This document shows positions 63,670-64,000 of a DNA stretch of 64,000 bases, one piece after another. The notes beneath the pieces are model-generated. The model was not told where the DNA came from. It worked only from the letters and a program-made list of their open reading frames with translations, and did not search any database. Source of the DNA: a virus. Lineage: Duplodnaviria; Caudoviricetes. The DNA lies in IMG/VR virus record IMGVR_UViG_3300009682_000003, positions 1 to 64,000 of that record; one strand, 5' to 3'. The first letter of the stretch is position 1; each line of letters begins with the position of its first letter. The position numbers and the translations under genes were made by a program.

Positions 63670-64000
63670 TCAGAGCCTGTCTTTGTTGGCTCGGAACGTT
63701 TGCAAGGCAACGGCAAGCGCCTCGACGGCGCTTTCCGGCACCCTCCCTTCCGCGATCATGGTTCGGACCTCTGCCTCGTGCAGGTAGGCTTTCACGAGCT
63801 TGCCGCGCCTCCCTCCCCGGCCCGTCAAGCGATACTGCTTGCCCGTCTCGCCGTCCCCCACGGGCTCGTCCTCGATGAGCCATCCAAGGCGCTTGAGCTC
63901 CAGCAAGCGTGCGCTGTACCTCACGCCCGCCACCGCGTTCAGCTCGTGGAACGAATGCCACTGCTCGTCGCCCAGTAGGCGAAGCAACGCCTCGCGGGCG
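63670..64000 (-). CDS. winged-helix protein (5' end at or beyond the window edge)
   Basis: LLGDEQWHSFHEL...RYSARLLELKRLGWLIE. Confidence 0.65.
   Translation of the reverse strand, partial: AREALLRLLGDEQWHSFHELNAVAGVRYSARLLELKRLGWLIEDEPVGDGETGKQYRLTGRGGRRGKLVKAYLHEAEVRTMIAEGRVPESAVEALAVALQTFRANKDRL

Larger units (their letters stand above)
1..64000. mobile_element. Segment of a temperate virus/provirus genome (putative tailless, membrane-containing)
   Basis: Dense co-oriented small ORFs, integrase, phage-type initiator and DnaB, DNA MTases, lysis enzymes and a structural block; no host housekeeping genes. Confidence 0.85.

Noticed and set aside
1-64000. Genome-wide TAG recoding
   Set aside because: TAG ends many intact genes (e.g. 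5887, 8528, 11574, 37708); only one internal TAG was seen.
1-64000. Packaging ATPase, tRNA or rRNA genes
   Set aside because: The only Walker A motif recognised is in DnaB and no cloverleaf or rRNA-like sequence was seen; an ATPase may lie outside the window.

Overview
The whole window reads as part of a GC-rich (roughly two-thirds G+C by eye) temperate virus or provirus genome. Genes are densely packed, mostly on the minus strand, and often overlap at ATGA/GTGA. A Myxococcota-like host is inferred from GC content, the DnaB N-terminus and standalone Fis-type HTHs; no host housekeeping genes are seen. Replication and maintenance genes include an HTH replication initiator with internal iteron-like repeats, DnaB, a tyrosine recombinase, a DEDDh exonuclease and RadC. 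DNA-modification genes include three methyltransferases, two PP-loop/PAPS-reductase-like proteins, a DpdA/TGT-like protein and a Gp88-like protein. There are four peptidoglycan hydrolases and a holin/spanin-like cassette. A roughly 26 kb morphogenesis-like block (18.7-44.3 kb) shows no recognisable terminase, portal, HK97 capsid or tail genes. It instead holds a candidate jelly-roll major capsid gene, about ten tail-anchored membrane proteins (LysM-like, SLT, alpha/beta-hydrolase and Cys-Pro-Trp repeat domains), three or four spike-like proteins sharing an N-terminal adaptor, a transglutaminase-fold putative protease and a Gln/Pro-rich disordered protein. This fits a large tailless, internal-membrane virus, but that is inference. 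No packaging ATPase, tRNA, rRNA or CRISPR array was recognised. All family calls come from motif recognition by eye, not database searches, and start codons were refined by hand from the ORF track.
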